Below, piece by piece: positions 45,230 through 55,143 of a DNA stretch of 64,000 nt (the stretch's first letter is position 1; each line of letters opens with the position of its first letter). The notes beneath the pieces were generated by a model that saw only the letters and a program-made list of their open reading frames with translations, made no database searches and had not been told where the DNA came from. Origin of the DNA: Candidatus Cloacimonadota bacterium (GTDB lineage Bacteria > Cloacimonadota > Cloacimonadia > Cloacimonadales > Cloacimonadaceae); assembly GCA_030154085.1 (NCBI GenBank), contig JASKKR010000001.1, positions 4,852 through 68,851 on the forward strand, read 5' to 3'. A program made the translations under genes and the position numbers.

Positions 45230-46145
45230 AGAGATCAGCTTCTATCTATCTCACTTGATCCCCCTCTTGGAACTGCGGGGGATTAACATCATCGAGCAAA
45301 AGGAAATTCCCTACGGATTGCAGCTCAAGCTGAGCCGAGGAAATGATCGGGCAAATATCAATCTCTATCACAGCGCTAAGCGCGGGCTGAGCAAAGTGAT
45401 CGGAGCTCCTCAAAATTCTTCTTTAAAACACGAACTGGGATTGCTGATTTTGGGGGAGCCAGAATTGAAGCAGGATTTTGGCATGCACTTTTGGCATAGC
45501 TGGATCGGCAGCGATGAATGCGGTAAGGGAGATTACTTTGGACCCTTAGTGGTTTCATCCTTCTATCTGCGCCGCGAGCAGGAGCAAGAGCTACTTAAGC
45601 TCGGTGTCTGCGATAGTAAAAAGCTGCGCGATCCGGATATTGTGAAGATTGCTAAAAAACTGTATCTTGCCTTTCCTGGACAGAGTAATTGCCTCTTGAT
45701 CAGAAACCAGCGTTACAATCAACTTATCCAAACACTCAAAGAACAAGGACGAAACCTGAACGACCTTATGGCATGGGCGCACGAGAAAGTTATCACGGAA
45801 TTGCTTAAACAATGCCAAGACTGCGAAGGCGTCCTTGTAGACCAATTTTCCCGAGCGCAGAAAGTAAAAAGCCGGCTGGGTCCAAAGTTTCCCGATCTGA
45901 ACATCATAGAACGCACGGGAGCTGAACGAGATCCAGCCGTGGCAGCCGCTTCGATCCTGGCACGCTATCAGTTTTTGCTTCAGCACCAAGCTCTGGATGC
46001 AAAATTTAAGATGAAGTTTCCCTTGGGGGCAAATCAGGGCGTAATCAAAGCAGCAAAAGACTTCGTAACAAACTATGGAAAAGAGAGATTGGGCGAAGTC
46101 GCAAAGCTGCACTTTAGGACTACTTTACAGGTGATTAACGATTGA
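45219..46145 (+). CDS. rnhC: Ribonuclease HIII
   Basis: RNase HII/HIII catalytic core IGSDECGKGDYFGPLVV preceded by a ~90-aa N-terminal domain, as in RNase HIII. Overlaps the folC end by 11 nt. Confidence 0.75.
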   Translation: MMHKEISFYLSHLIPLLELRGINIIEQKEIPYGLQLKLSRGNDRANINLYHSAKRGLSKVIGAPQNSSLKHELGLLILGEPELKQDFGMHFWHSWIGSDECGKGDYFGPLVVSSFYLRREQEQELLKLGVCDSKKLRDPDIVKIAKKLYLAFPGQSNCLLIRNQRYNQLIQTLKEQGRNLNDLMAWAHEKVITELLKQCQDCEGVLVDQFSRAQKVKSRLGPKFPDLNIIERTGAERDPAVAAASILARYQFLLQHQALDAKFKMKFPLGANQGVIKAAKDFVTNYGKERLGEVAKLHFRTTLQVIND

Positions 46146-46364
46146 GCGTGAACAGATTCATCGCGGAGGCAAATTAAGAAAGTTCTTGACAGATATAGCA
46201 GTTCATAGATCATGATTCTTAAGGTAACAAATTCATCCACAGCCTCCTGGCAATAATCATCATGATTCGATACCTTTTTGCGCCCCGGCGCAAGACAACC
46301 ATCAGGACACAGTCCTAAAAGTATTTACAGCAAAAGGATAGCATTGGCTATCGTGGAGAACTAT

Positions 46365-47210
46365 ATGATCAAAGAAGTAGGACGTCTGAATATCGACGAC
46401 TATAAACTCCTTGATGCGCAAGTAGAAAAGATCTTTCGCAATCTAGACAAGGGTAAAAACGAACTGGCAATCAAACAAATCAATGAATTGGGCAATACTG
46501 CAAACTACTTTGTTCGAGAAGAACTGGGGAAACGCCTGGCACCTTATTCTGGCAAGGGCAATCTGGACCAGATCTGTGCAGATCTCCTGGATGATTTCAT
46601 CTATGGGCTGCGAGCAACTGGACTCTTTTATTTCTATTACAAATACCAAAATAGCCCGGAACATATCATCAAAATCCTTGAAAAGACCTACGAGAGTGTA
46701 CCTTGGGAAAGCGAAACTATCTGCTTTGAAATGTGGAAGCGCTTCCCCGAAGCTATGCGCGAAGCCATGCCACTGTGGGCGGAAAGCGACAATGAAAAGA
46801 AACGCGCCATCTCAATGCACGGCATGGAAAACATCGCTGCCAAAAATCCTCAGTATGTCCTGATGTTTATTGGCAAACTTTTGGATGACCCCAGCGAGGA
46901 AGTCCAAAAGAAAATCTCCCATATCCTCACTCAAGTCGGGAGAGTGCGTCCGATCCAGACTTACGCTAGCGTCCGCCGATGGCTCCTGGAAGCTGATGAA
47001 ACTAGATTCAATACCATCTGGCAAACCCTCAAGAAGCTGGCAAATATCTTTACCCAAAAAAGCAAACGAGAACGTGGGAATGACTTCATGTCTATCACGC
47101 AACGCACTATCGCTGAATGGCGCAAAGACAAAAACCCCAATGTCCAAAATATGGCAAATAAGCTTAACTCCGTTATCCGCATTCGCAAAAGAGTAAATGT
47201 CAAAAACTGA
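46365..47210 (+). CDS. HEAT-like repeat protein, possibly DNA alkylation repair (AlkD-like) family
   Basis: ATG at 46365 has GGAGA 5 nt upstream. All-helical. LWAESDNEKKRAISMHGM and DPSEEVQKKISHIL...VRRWL echo the pattern in the gene at 50611-51372. Confidence 0.35.
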   Translation: MIKEVGRLNIDDYKLLDAQVEKIFRNLDKGKNELAIKQINELGNTANYFVREELGKRLAPYSGKGNLDQICADLLDDFIYGLRATGLFYFYYKYQNSPEHIIKILEKTYESVPWESETICFEMWKRFPEAMREAMPLWAESDNEKKRAISMHGMENIAAKNPQYVLMFIGKLLDDPSEEVQKKISHILTQVGRVRPIQTYASVRRWLLEADETRFNTIWQTLKKLANIFTQKSKRERGNDFMSITQRTIAEWRKDKNPNVQNMANKLNSVIRIRKRVNVKN

Positions 47211-47934
47211 TCCCCATATATCTATCATCCTCGTTGAGCCAATCTATGCGGGCAATGTCGGGGCAATCGCCCGGATTATGAATAACTTCTGCTATGACGA
47301 TCTACGCATCGTGGGCACGGTGCCACAAAAGAATGACTTTTATCTGGCTATGCATTCAGAACACATCCTCACAAAAGCTAAACTATTTGATGATCTGGCA
47401 GCTGCTATCCAGGATCTAGACCGTGTCATAGCTTTCTCTCGCAGAACTGGGAAAAACAAACCTGTAGATATGTCTCCCATGCAGATGGCATCATATGTAC
47501 ACTCTCTCCCAGGCTTGCAGATAGGGCTGGTCTTTGGTCGGGAGACCTTCGGGCTCACCGATGCAGAAGCCGATCTCTGCCCCCTGCGCTGTCACTTTTC
47601 CGCAAATCCTGATTTCCCCTCCATCAATCTCGCCCAAGCGGTAGCATTAGCCACATATGAGGTCTATAGCTTTGAACAGAGAGAGCTGGAAGAAGGCGGT
47701 CACAAAAAACTAGATGCAGTAAGTGGAGAAGAACTAAATAAACTCCATGCCTATATGTTGGATGTCTTGAATGGAATTGGCTATTTTAAGAGCCAAGAGA
47801 CTACAAATTGGGACAATTTCCTGGCTAAGACGCTGGCGCAGCTAAATCCGAATAAAGAGACTGCATATCGGCTTAGGCAGATGTTTAATCGCTTTCACGT
47901 CCTCGTCAGGGGTACTGGCAAAGGCTATGACTAA
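47197..47934 (+). CDS. SpoU/TrmH-class RNA 2'-O-methyltransferase (TrmJ-like)
   Basis: N-terminal ISIILVEPIYAGNVGAIARIMNNF resembles TrmJ. The SPOUT knot region is IGLVFGRETFGLT...SINLAQAVA. Confidence 0.65.
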   Translation: MSKTDPHISIILVEPIYAGNVGAIARIMNNFCYDDLRIVGTVPQKNDFYLAMHSEHILTKAKLFDDLAAAIQDLDRVIAFSRRTGKNKPVDMSPMQMASYVHSLPGLQIGLVFGRETFGLTDAEADLCPLRCHFSANPDFPSINLAQAVALATYEVYSFEQRELEEGGHKKLDAVSGEELNKLHAYMLDVLNGIGYFKSQETTNWDNFLAKTLAQLNPNKETAYRLRQMFNRFHVLVRGTGKGYD

Positions 47935-47951
47935 TGAAAGTTGTTTTAAGA

Positions 47952-50609
47952 TCAGTGCAAAAGAGTGATTTTCTTTATGAGTTTGTCACTTTTTAAGATA
48001 TAGACACCGCTGGAACTGATCTGTCCTGAAGCATCTTTACCATCCCAATTTATCTCATAACCATTTTTGGCTGAAAGGCTGAGGCTTTGCACTTTCTGCC
48101 CGCGAACATTGAATATCAAGATCTCCTCCTCTGACTTCCAGGGATTATCGAGCTTGATATGTACTTTCCCTCGTGCCGGATTTGGCCACACTTGGATGGA
48201 GCTATTCACTTGCGGGACGGTATTATCCGCGATAGACGTGGAGCCCTCGATCAGCTCCAACTTGACCAGGATCGTTTCTATTAATTCTTTAAACTTTGCC
48301 CTATGAGTCCCCAGCTCTGCTTCCATTACTTCAGCCAGGCGAAACGCTGATGCTATGCTCAAATGCGTATCTGTAGCGTTTAATACTCCGATTGTATGTT
48401 CAGGACAACTGTCTGTAAAGAAAATGGGTACAGTAGATGGTTGCGCTGGAACTAACTCAAAATAGTTGCCATAATCAGGCTGATATGCCCAAGATTTTGT
48501 GCCATCATTCATTCCTTGGAACACGATTGGATAATCCATGGTTGCTTCCACCCCAAATTTAGCCCAGAAGCTGTCGCTGCTATCCCAAACGATGTTTCCT
48601 TCCATATAGATTTTGCCCCCGGTTGCCAAATATATGTCCAGTAGATTCTTTTCCCAAGGTAGAAGCTCGTAGTCATCCAACGTGCAAAAGATCGCCTCAA
48701 AGCCATCGAGATAATCATAATCAGGGATCAAGCGATTGCTATATACCACATTGAAGTTACCATTTTCCCGGATGCTATTTACCAAGCGATGATCAGGCTC
48801 TGTTTGGGGGGCAAAGACCAGGATTTCCCCTTCAGGTTCAGTAAATGTGCTATGCCCGAGGACGGGATCTCCAAATAGAATATAGGTGTAGACATTCTGC
48901 AGTTCCGGCCAGATTACGCCATCTTCATCGATGGGATCGCCAAAGAGATAATACCTTGTGTGCATGAGGTTTGCATATGCCAAAGCGGCACCGGCGCTGA
49001 AGGATTTCTCGGCATAGTTTTCCAAAAAATGGTAGTTATAGCTGCTGATCCCGCCCCATCCGGGATTCTGCCAGCCTACTTTGTACCAACCAGTGCGAGT
49101 GGCAGCAACGACACCAACCGCTCTATGTATCAGAGCAGTTTCAGCCAAGGATGGTTGATTATAATCCAGGTATCCATTATTGCAGCTGCCGGCAAAGATC
49201 ATGGTACCAAATTGGCTTTGGTTGTTTTCAAATGCGGAGCTATCGACAAGGTTCATCCACTGCATTTCGTTGGAATCCGGGATGCCATCATTATTATAAT
49301 CCTGCATCCAGATCTTCCGCGAAGAGGATATGGGAGAGCCATGTGCATTCCAACTAATGATGCCATAATCCTCAGTTTGGACGAGATTGTTTAAGTTATA
49401 CTGGGTAAGGGCATAATCAGCAGGATAGATGGATGGCACAATCCCTAACTCTTCATAAAGCGTGGTGTTCTCAAAATTCCGCAAAACGGTTTGTCGAGCA
49501 AACTCCGTGAACGTAGCACCATCAGTTTGAGGCATAGTAAGCACTGGCTCATTTGCATAGTTCAATATAGCTGCTGGCAGTAATGCTTTTTGTTTGAAAC
49601 CATCATTGTTTTGTTCAAAATCGACAATGCGTTGGGCGATTGCGGCTACTTCTACCGGAGAGTTTGTACTAAATCTTCCTACAAAAGCCTCCGGAGTATA
49701 GCTCACCGTATAATCTTCTTCACCATATTGGCTATAATATTCCCCCAAACGTCCATCATTATCCGTATCCCAGTCACTGGAAAGATCTGAATAGTAGAAA
49801 TCTGAAGGGACCGTTGAATTACCATTGGGTTCAGGGCACAACTGAGCAATCGGAACTAAGTCGTGATCTCCCAAAAGGAGCAGATAGGTGAAGGGATTGT
49901 CTTGCATTTGTTCTATCAGATGGTTGCGCAGTTTCTCCGGGGGATTGGATCCGGGGCTTTCAGCTAAGACAGCATCAATATTAGAGAACAAGACCTCAAA
50001 GCCCTGTCCTTGACGAAAACTTAGCCACGGGCTTAGTGCAGCATATAGCTCAGGCGTCCCGACCACCCGGATGCTCATAGCTTCGTCTTGATCGCGGCGA
50101 TACCAGTCCAGAAGCTGATCCTGATTTGCATAAAAATCATCGGACATAAATGTCCCCGGAATCTTACCGATGCTTGTCTTTGGAACATCGTAGTTGATGC
50201 TAAATTTGATGCGCTCATCCCAAAGTCCCGTTATCTGATCGTAAGGAAGAACCCGGAAACTTGCATAGCTCATCTCGCCCCATTTGTGCTCTCCAAGATA
50301 GACTATGCGGGAAGATGATGATCTCTGGGAGGATGATGAGATGATAGCGTCACTACTGATAAAAGGCGGATTAATCTCAGAAAAGCTCTTGGTAGATGGA
50401 CGGGAATGACTGACTACGGCACTATAGTTCAGGATCACAGCATCTTTGGGGAGTAGAATATTGATCGTGAAAGATGGGCTATGGAGGCGTCCCGGGGTGG
50501 ACTGATAGCCCACAGCCTCAACTTCGGAAAAGACCAGATCCAGATCCAAGCTCCCCGCAAAAAGCATTATAGGCACGAAGACTAAGACTAAGATAATTAT
50601 GTTTTTCAT
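47952..50609 (-). CDS. C25 (gingipain-like) cysteine peptidase with T9SS-type C-terminal sorting domain
   Basis: ATG at 50609 gives the signal peptide MKNIIILVLVFVPIMLFA. Caspase-fold His/Cys dyad candidates are WNAHGSP and FAGSCNNG. LLLGDHDLVPI resembles C25. CTD is WPNPARGKV...IFNVRGQKV...GVYILK. Confidence 0.65.
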   Translation of the reverse strand: MKNIIILVLVFVPIMLFAGSLDLDLVFSEVEAVGYQSTPGRLHSPSFTINILLPKDAVILNYSAVVSHSRPSTKSFSEINPPFISSDAIISSSSQRSSSSRIVYLGEHKWGEMSYASFRVLPYDQITGLWDERIKFSINYDVPKTSIGKIPGTFMSDDFYANQDQLLDWYRRDQDEAMSIRVVGTPELYAALSPWLSFRQGQGFEVLFSNIDAVLAESPGSNPPEKLRNHLIEQMQDNPFTYLLLLGDHDLVPIAQLCPEPNGNSTVPSDFYYSDLSSDWDTDNDGRLGEYYSQYGEEDYTVSYTPEAFVGRFSTNSPVEVAAIAQRIVDFEQNNDGFKQKALLPAAILNYANEPVLTMPQTDGATFTEFARQTVLRNFENTTLYEELGIVPSIYPADYALTQYNLNNLVQTEDYGIISWNAHGSPISSSRKIWMQDYNNDGIPDSNEMQWMNLVDSSAFENNQSQFGTMIFAGSCNNGYLDYNQPSLAETALIHRAVGVVAATRTGWYKVGWQNPGWGGISSYNYHFLENYAEKSFSAGAALAYANLMHTRYYLFGDPIDEDGVIWPELQNVYTYILFGDPVLGHSTFTEPEGEILVFAPQTEPDHRLVNSIRENGNFNVVYSNRLIPDYDYLDGFEAIFCTLDDYELLPWEKNLLDIYLATGGKIYMEGNIVWDSSDSFWAKFGVEATMDYPIVFQGMNDGTKSWAYQPDYGNYFELVPAQPSTVPIFFTDSCPEHTIGVLNATDTHLSIASAFRLAEVMEAELGTHRAKFKELIETILVKLELIEGSTSIADNTVPQVNSSIQVWPNPARGKVHIKLDNPWKSEEEILIFNVRGQKVQSLSLSAKNGYEINWDGKDASGQISSSGVYILKSDKLIKKITLLH

Positions 50610-50610
50610 T

Positions 50611-51372
50611 TTATTGCTTTCTATGACGTTGAGCCCCCTTATTGCGAGGCTGCCTGGGAAAGAAACTCTTTGCCTTTGCTTTGGGCATATCCATAGTTGC
50701 AGACTTGAGCACATAGGTGTCCAGACTATCTTGGTTTTCCAAAAGAAATGCCTCCACCGGTTTAGGAGCCTTGCTCCAAAGGTCTCTCAGCAAAGCTCCC
50801 ATTGCTTGCTGTACGACCCTTTCCCGATCCGAAATAAGAGGCTGGATAAAATTCATAATCTCCTCAGGATCTAAAGCTTGCTTTTGAAACATCAGAGCGC
50901 TTAGGGCTGCTCGCCGAGTCCATTTACTCTGGGAATCCCGCCAGGAAACAAAGGACTGTAAATCAACCAGTTCCAATTCAAAGAAGACAGGCAGAATCTT
51001 GCTTCCCAGAAGATCGGCATGAACCCAATTTTCCACCCCAAAGTCCAGCCACTCTTTGACCCGTTCGCGGACATAAGCATCCATCTGAGGACGGTGTTTT
51101 TTAAGCAGCATGATCGCGATAGTACCAAACTCATATTTTCCGGTCTTAAATAGATGCACACCAAGGTCAGCAATTTCACGCGGACTGAGCTTATAATCCT
51201 CCAAGATACGATCTCTTAATACTTTCAATTCTTCATCTTCAATCCCAAATGCATCATACCCTTCAGAAAAGTTTCGCATATTGCGGATAGCACGGATAGG
51301 GTCCTCGCGATCAAAACAAAAGTTCCCTATCTGCTTATAAATAGTTTCTAATTTCTTATTCATCTTTTTCAT
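50611..51372 (-). CDS. DNA alkylation repair protein family (AlkD-like HEAT repeats)
   Basis: The pattern ...WRDSQSKWTRRAALSALM...DRERVVQQAMGALLRDL...VEAFL matches my memory of the PF08713 family. Its stop is 1 nt from the C25 peptidase start. Confidence 0.5.
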   Translation of the reverse strand: MKKMNKKLETIYKQIGNFCFDREDPIRAIRNMRNFSEGYDAFGIEDEELKVLRDRILEDYKLSPREIADLGVHLFKTGKYEFGTIAIMLLKKHRPQMDAYVRERVKEWLDFGVENWVHADLLGSKILPVFFELELVDLQSFVSWRDSQSKWTRRAALSALMFQKQALDPEEIMNFIQPLISDRERVVQQAMGALLRDLWSKAPKPVEAFLLENQDSLDTYVLKSATMDMPKAKAKSFFPRQPRNKGAQRHRKQ

Positions 51373-51967
51373 AACTTCTTGCTCCAGTGCCTAATTAAAA
51401 CCATATACGCCACCTCCGAAATTGCCATCTTCAATATAAGCAAGGATTGTTCCAATAATCATGAAAGCTGTCCAAGGCAAAGCCATTCTATAACAAAAAG
51501 ACTCCAAGATTGCTGACTTTAACGCTAAAAATCTATTGTGCAATGCAATATCCTTCAAGAATACCCTCCCACATTCTATCTACAATATCGAACAACTATG
51601 AAACAAATATCTTGATCTTTTCCGAACATAACTGTACCTCCCGACCTCAATCCCATCTTTTGATCATTCAACTGTCTCGAAAGATCTAAATACTGAAATT
51701 TTAGAATCTAAACCCTACCCAGCTCTTTTTTGTACACATTTATCAACAACTGGACAATCTCCCGCGCCTATGATCATAAGTGCGTTTATCCGAATCCAAT
51801 AGGATTTTATTGTGCAAAAAACAACAAGTTTTCTATAATAATGAATTTCATAAATGCAATATTCTACTTGACACCAATTTAATCCCCTTTTTCAAAGACT
51901 TAAATTGCCGATTATGGCAATTGTGAAATTTACTCTAACACTATGATAGTCCAAATAGGTAAGGAAT

Positions 51968-54637
51968 ATGAAGATAAGATTTAATTTACTATTGGTAATA
52001 TTTCTGTCGATTTTGTTCTGGCAAATCGGCGGAATACTCAGTGCTCAAATACCTGTTACAAATGTAATAGATCTCTGGAGAGTGAGACATAATCTCTCCA
52101 AATCATACATACAGACAGCTGATATTGATCTGGATATATATGCCCCAGCATTTGTATCCGGGCAATACTATAATCCTGGGGACTATGTGACTCATACGGA
52201 TGGGTACATCTATTACTGCAATAGTTTCACAAATGAAATGCCCGCAAATAATACAAGCTGGTCCCAGCTTTGGGAAGCGGATAAGGGCTGGAAACCGATT
52301 GGCACTGAAACCAGTCCTTTTACAGGAATCTATGACGGTGGTGGTTTCTCGATCAAGAATCTTTATATTAATCGCGGAGCAAACCCGACTGGGAACGATA
52401 GTGTCCCCTCTGGTGGGGAAAACAACATCGGACTTTTCGGTTATGTGACGAATGGCTCTTCTACTAATGCCGAGATCAAAAACCTTGGCATCCAAAACCC
52501 CAGGGTAGTTGGCAAACAAGCAACTGGTGCCTTAGTCGGCAAAGCTCAGTCTATTAAAAAAAATATTACTATAGTTATCAGCAACTGTTTCGTGCATGGT
52601 GACATGGATTCATATGTCAGAGGTTTTGGTTACACCGGTGGTCTTGTTGGAGCAGCCTCCAGCAATCATGCCATACATGGTCCAATCGAGATCAACTATA
52701 GCTGGGTGGACATAAATGTTTCATCCACGCATCCATCCAACACAACTGATTACAATATCCGTTATGGCGGATTAGTCGGTTACATATTCAAGGGTGTTGC
52801 CTACGACTGTTTTGCCTACAACAACGTGATCGGTGGAGACCAAGTTGGTGGCATCGTAGGTTATTTGGATAACGCTGCAGTCGCTCGGTGTTATTTCAGC
52901 GGATCTGTCACGCAGAATGTCGTTACTTCAAATCCTGGGATAGGAGCAATTGTTGGAAATTATGAAGGAAATTTCCCAAACAACATAGTTGGCAGTACAG
53001 GGAACAACTGCGCTCCATACTGCTATTATCCGAACAATAATCCCCCAGTCATCAATGCTGTTGACAGTCAAATCCCAAATGAACAAGGCACAGGAATAGA
53101 TTTTACTAATCAAGATAACTTTGAAACTTGGGATTTTTTTGATATTTGGAGCATTACCGATGGTCTGCCCATCCTGGACAGCAATCCCATCCAAGAACTT
53201 CCCGATTATTACTATTACACAATTGCAGATGGATCTTGGAATGATACTATATGGTATAAGACCACTAACCCAAACTTTGCGGGAGGCTTTTCCAGTTCGT
53301 CCGAACCAGATCCTGACAAAAGTCTAGGCATTCGGATTGTGAATCAGGTCTGGCTAAACCAAAATATTGAACTAACTAATTTGCAGATTGGGGCTTCCGG
53401 AATCCTCGAGTTAAACGAAAGCATAACTTTGACACTTATAAATGGCTCCAGTGATAAAGATCTTATAGTTGAAAAGAGTGGAAAGCTTCTTATTCACGGA
53501 AGCTTGATTCTGGGTAACAGTGCCGCCATGGAAGTCTGCGAAAAAGCTAAAGTATCCATTGATGAACAAACTGGTGGGATCGTACCTGGACAGAATACCA
53601 ATCTCATCGTCAATAGCGAAGATTTTGATTTTCAAAACGTGGGTGTAGATGGCTTTGAATCTCCAAACTATGCCTTTATCTGCTTCCCTCCCACTAATCG
53701 CTTGTTGAATCCCTTCTTTGCTTCCAGTACATTTATAGAGGCTTTTCCATTATTTGTCAACCGCAAATGGTTAATAAACGGTACAGCATTGCAAGCAGAC
53801 ACTTCCAAACGTATTACTTTGTTTTGGAATGCCGCAGATGACAATTATTACGATTGGATAGCAAACAATGCACATCCAGTAGTATATTTCGGAATGACCC
53901 CGGTAAGCATTATAGACTATGATGTGCAATCTAATCCCAGATGGGTGAAATTTGATTGGGTATTTGATGAGGGAACAGGTGATGCCAAAGCCGAATTGCA
54001 AGTTAAGCCATTCTCAGGGGAGACTCTCCCGGTGGAGCTTTCGGCGTTTAATGCACAATCCTATCAGGGGCGATCAGTCAAACTGATGTGGCAGACCCAA
54101 TCCGAGACCAATGTGCAAAGTTTCAGTTTCTATCGCGGTAGGACTGATATCCTTGAAGACGCCCATTATCTCAATGTAACCATCCCCGGGACAAATAGTT
54201 CTCAGCCCAAAAGCTACATATATTATGATCGTGAGGTCTTTGATCCTGGGCTCTATTATTATTGGCTTTTGAGCACCGATTTTGACGGGACGAGCCAGCT
54301 ATTTGGTCCGATTAATGTGTATTTTGATGCTACAGATTTGGGTTCAGATCAGGTGACACCGCTACCTGGTTTTGACAGTGCTTATCCGAACCCCTTCAAT
54401 CCTGAGACAACCCTGCGCTATGGAGTGGACCAAAGATCTACAGTAGAGCTACGGATCTACAATGTGCGTGGGCAGATAGTGCGTCGTCTCATTCAGACTG
54501 AGCAAGATGTCGGTTGGCATCAGATTCGCTGGGATGGTCGAGATGATGCCGGTCGCAATCTCAGCAGCGGAGTTTACTTTGCCCGTATGCATCTTGGGAA
54601 TCGGATCTATCAGCACAAACTCGTGATGATGAAATAA
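51968..54637 (+). CDS. Secreted protein with GLUG-type repeats and T9SS-type C-terminal sorting domain
   Basis: Signal peptide LLLVIFLSILFWQIGGILSA. Repeated GGLVG-type motifs (GALVGKA, TGGLVGAA, YGGLVGYI, VGGIVGYL, GAIVGNY). CTD is YPNPFNPETTLRY...IYNVRGQIV...GVYFARM...LVMMK. Confidence 0.6.
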   Translation: MKIRFNLLLVIFLSILFWQIGGILSAQIPVTNVIDLWRVRHNLSKSYIQTADIDLDIYAPAFVSGQYYNPGDYVTHTDGYIYYCNSFTNEMPANNTSWSQLWEADKGWKPIGTETSPFTGIYDGGGFSIKNLYINRGANPTGNDSVPSGGENNIGLFGYVTNGSSTNAEIKNLGIQNPRVVGKQATGALVGKAQSIKKNITIVISNCFVHGDMDSYVRGFGYTGGLVGAASSNHAIHGPIEINYSWVDINVSSTHPSNTTDYNIRYGGLVGYIFKGVAYDCFAYNNVIGGDQVGGIVGYLDNAAVARCYFSGSVTQNVVTSNPGIGAIVGNYEGNFPNNIVGSTGNNCAPYCYYPNNNPPVINAVDSQIPNEQGTGIDFTNQDNFETWDFFDIWSITDGLPILDSNPIQELPDYYYYTIADGSWNDTIWYKTTNPNFAGGFSSSSEPDPDKSLGIRIVNQVWLNQNIELTNLQIGASGILELNESITLTLINGSSDKDLIVEKSGKLLIHGSLILGNSAAMEVCEKAKVSIDEQTGGIVPGQNTNLIVNSEDFDFQNVGVDGFESPNYAFICFPPTNRLLNPFFASSTFIEAFPLFVNRKWLINGTALQADTSKRITLFWNAADDNYYDWIANNAHPVVYFGMTPVSIIDYDVQSNPRWVKFDWVFDEGTGDAKAELQVKPFSGETLPVELSAFNAQSYQGRSVKLMWQTQSETNVQSFSFYRGRTDILEDAHYLNVTIPGTNSSQPKSYIYYDREVFDPGLYYYWLLSTDFDGTSQLFGPINVYFDATDLGSDQVTPLPGFDSAYPNPFNPETTLRYGVDQRSTVELRIYNVRGQIVRRLIQTEQDVGWHQIRWDGRDDAGRNLSSGVYFARMHLGNRIYQHKLVMMK

Positions 54638-54658
54638 TAAATGCCTTTGTTATCTCAG

Positions 54659-54681
54659 CTGGCAGGGTCAGACCCTGCCAG
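54659..54681 (+). terminator. GC-rich hairpin terminator after the GLUG-repeat gene
   Basis: CTGGCAGGGTC-A-GACCCTGCCAG is a perfect 11-nt inverted repeat, followed by TTTG (short U-tract). It lies 22 nt after the stop. Confidence 0.5.
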
Positions 54682-54684
54682 TTT

Positions 54685-54791
54685 GCTAAGTGCTTGAAAA
54701 AGTAGTGCACTTCATGCCTCCCTCGTTTCTCCCCCATTTGAGAAGTGAGCAAGAAACGAGAAACAAAGGACTTACAGCTTTGTGAAGTGCG
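54685..54791 (+). repeat. Copy 4 of the ~105-nt structured intergenic repeat
   Basis: Carries the invariant 22-mer on the plus strand. Stem is CTCGTTTC / GAAACGAG. The outer helix GCACTTCA / TGAAGTGC is followed by GTTTTTT. Confidence 0.85.
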
Positions 54792-55143
54792 TTTTTTAGG
54801 GTAACCCCCATCTATCATGATCCATGCGGGAATCATATGCTCGAAATCCGTGGAAGTGGAAAAGTGGGCGAAAAGTAATGGTAAAGCCTAAGTCTGGCAT
54901 ATCCTTGAACCTGTGTAGGAACACGAAATTCACTCAAGCCGGTCTACCGAATTTATTCATTTTTTCTGCAAATCGCTCCATACAGTTCATCTCATCCATC
55001 GTAAATCGTGCATTGTAAAATGAATGGTTTATGTACAAAGTTCTTGACGTAGTGTAAAGTGTAATATGCCTTGTCTTATATAGATTACATTGCTGTTTCA
55101 TCTTTGTAATCCATATACTCTAAAGAATTAGGAGTAAAATGCC

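Noticed and set aside
54776-54791. The repeat contains TTGTGAA (complement TTCACAA), which is half of a Rex operator (TTGTGAA-N4-TTCACAA), and a rex gene is present in the window.
   Set aside because: Only a half-site is present. There is no inverted partner 4 nt away; the nearest similar sequence is ~70 nt distant in the other arm of the hairpin. This is insufficient to call a Rex box.
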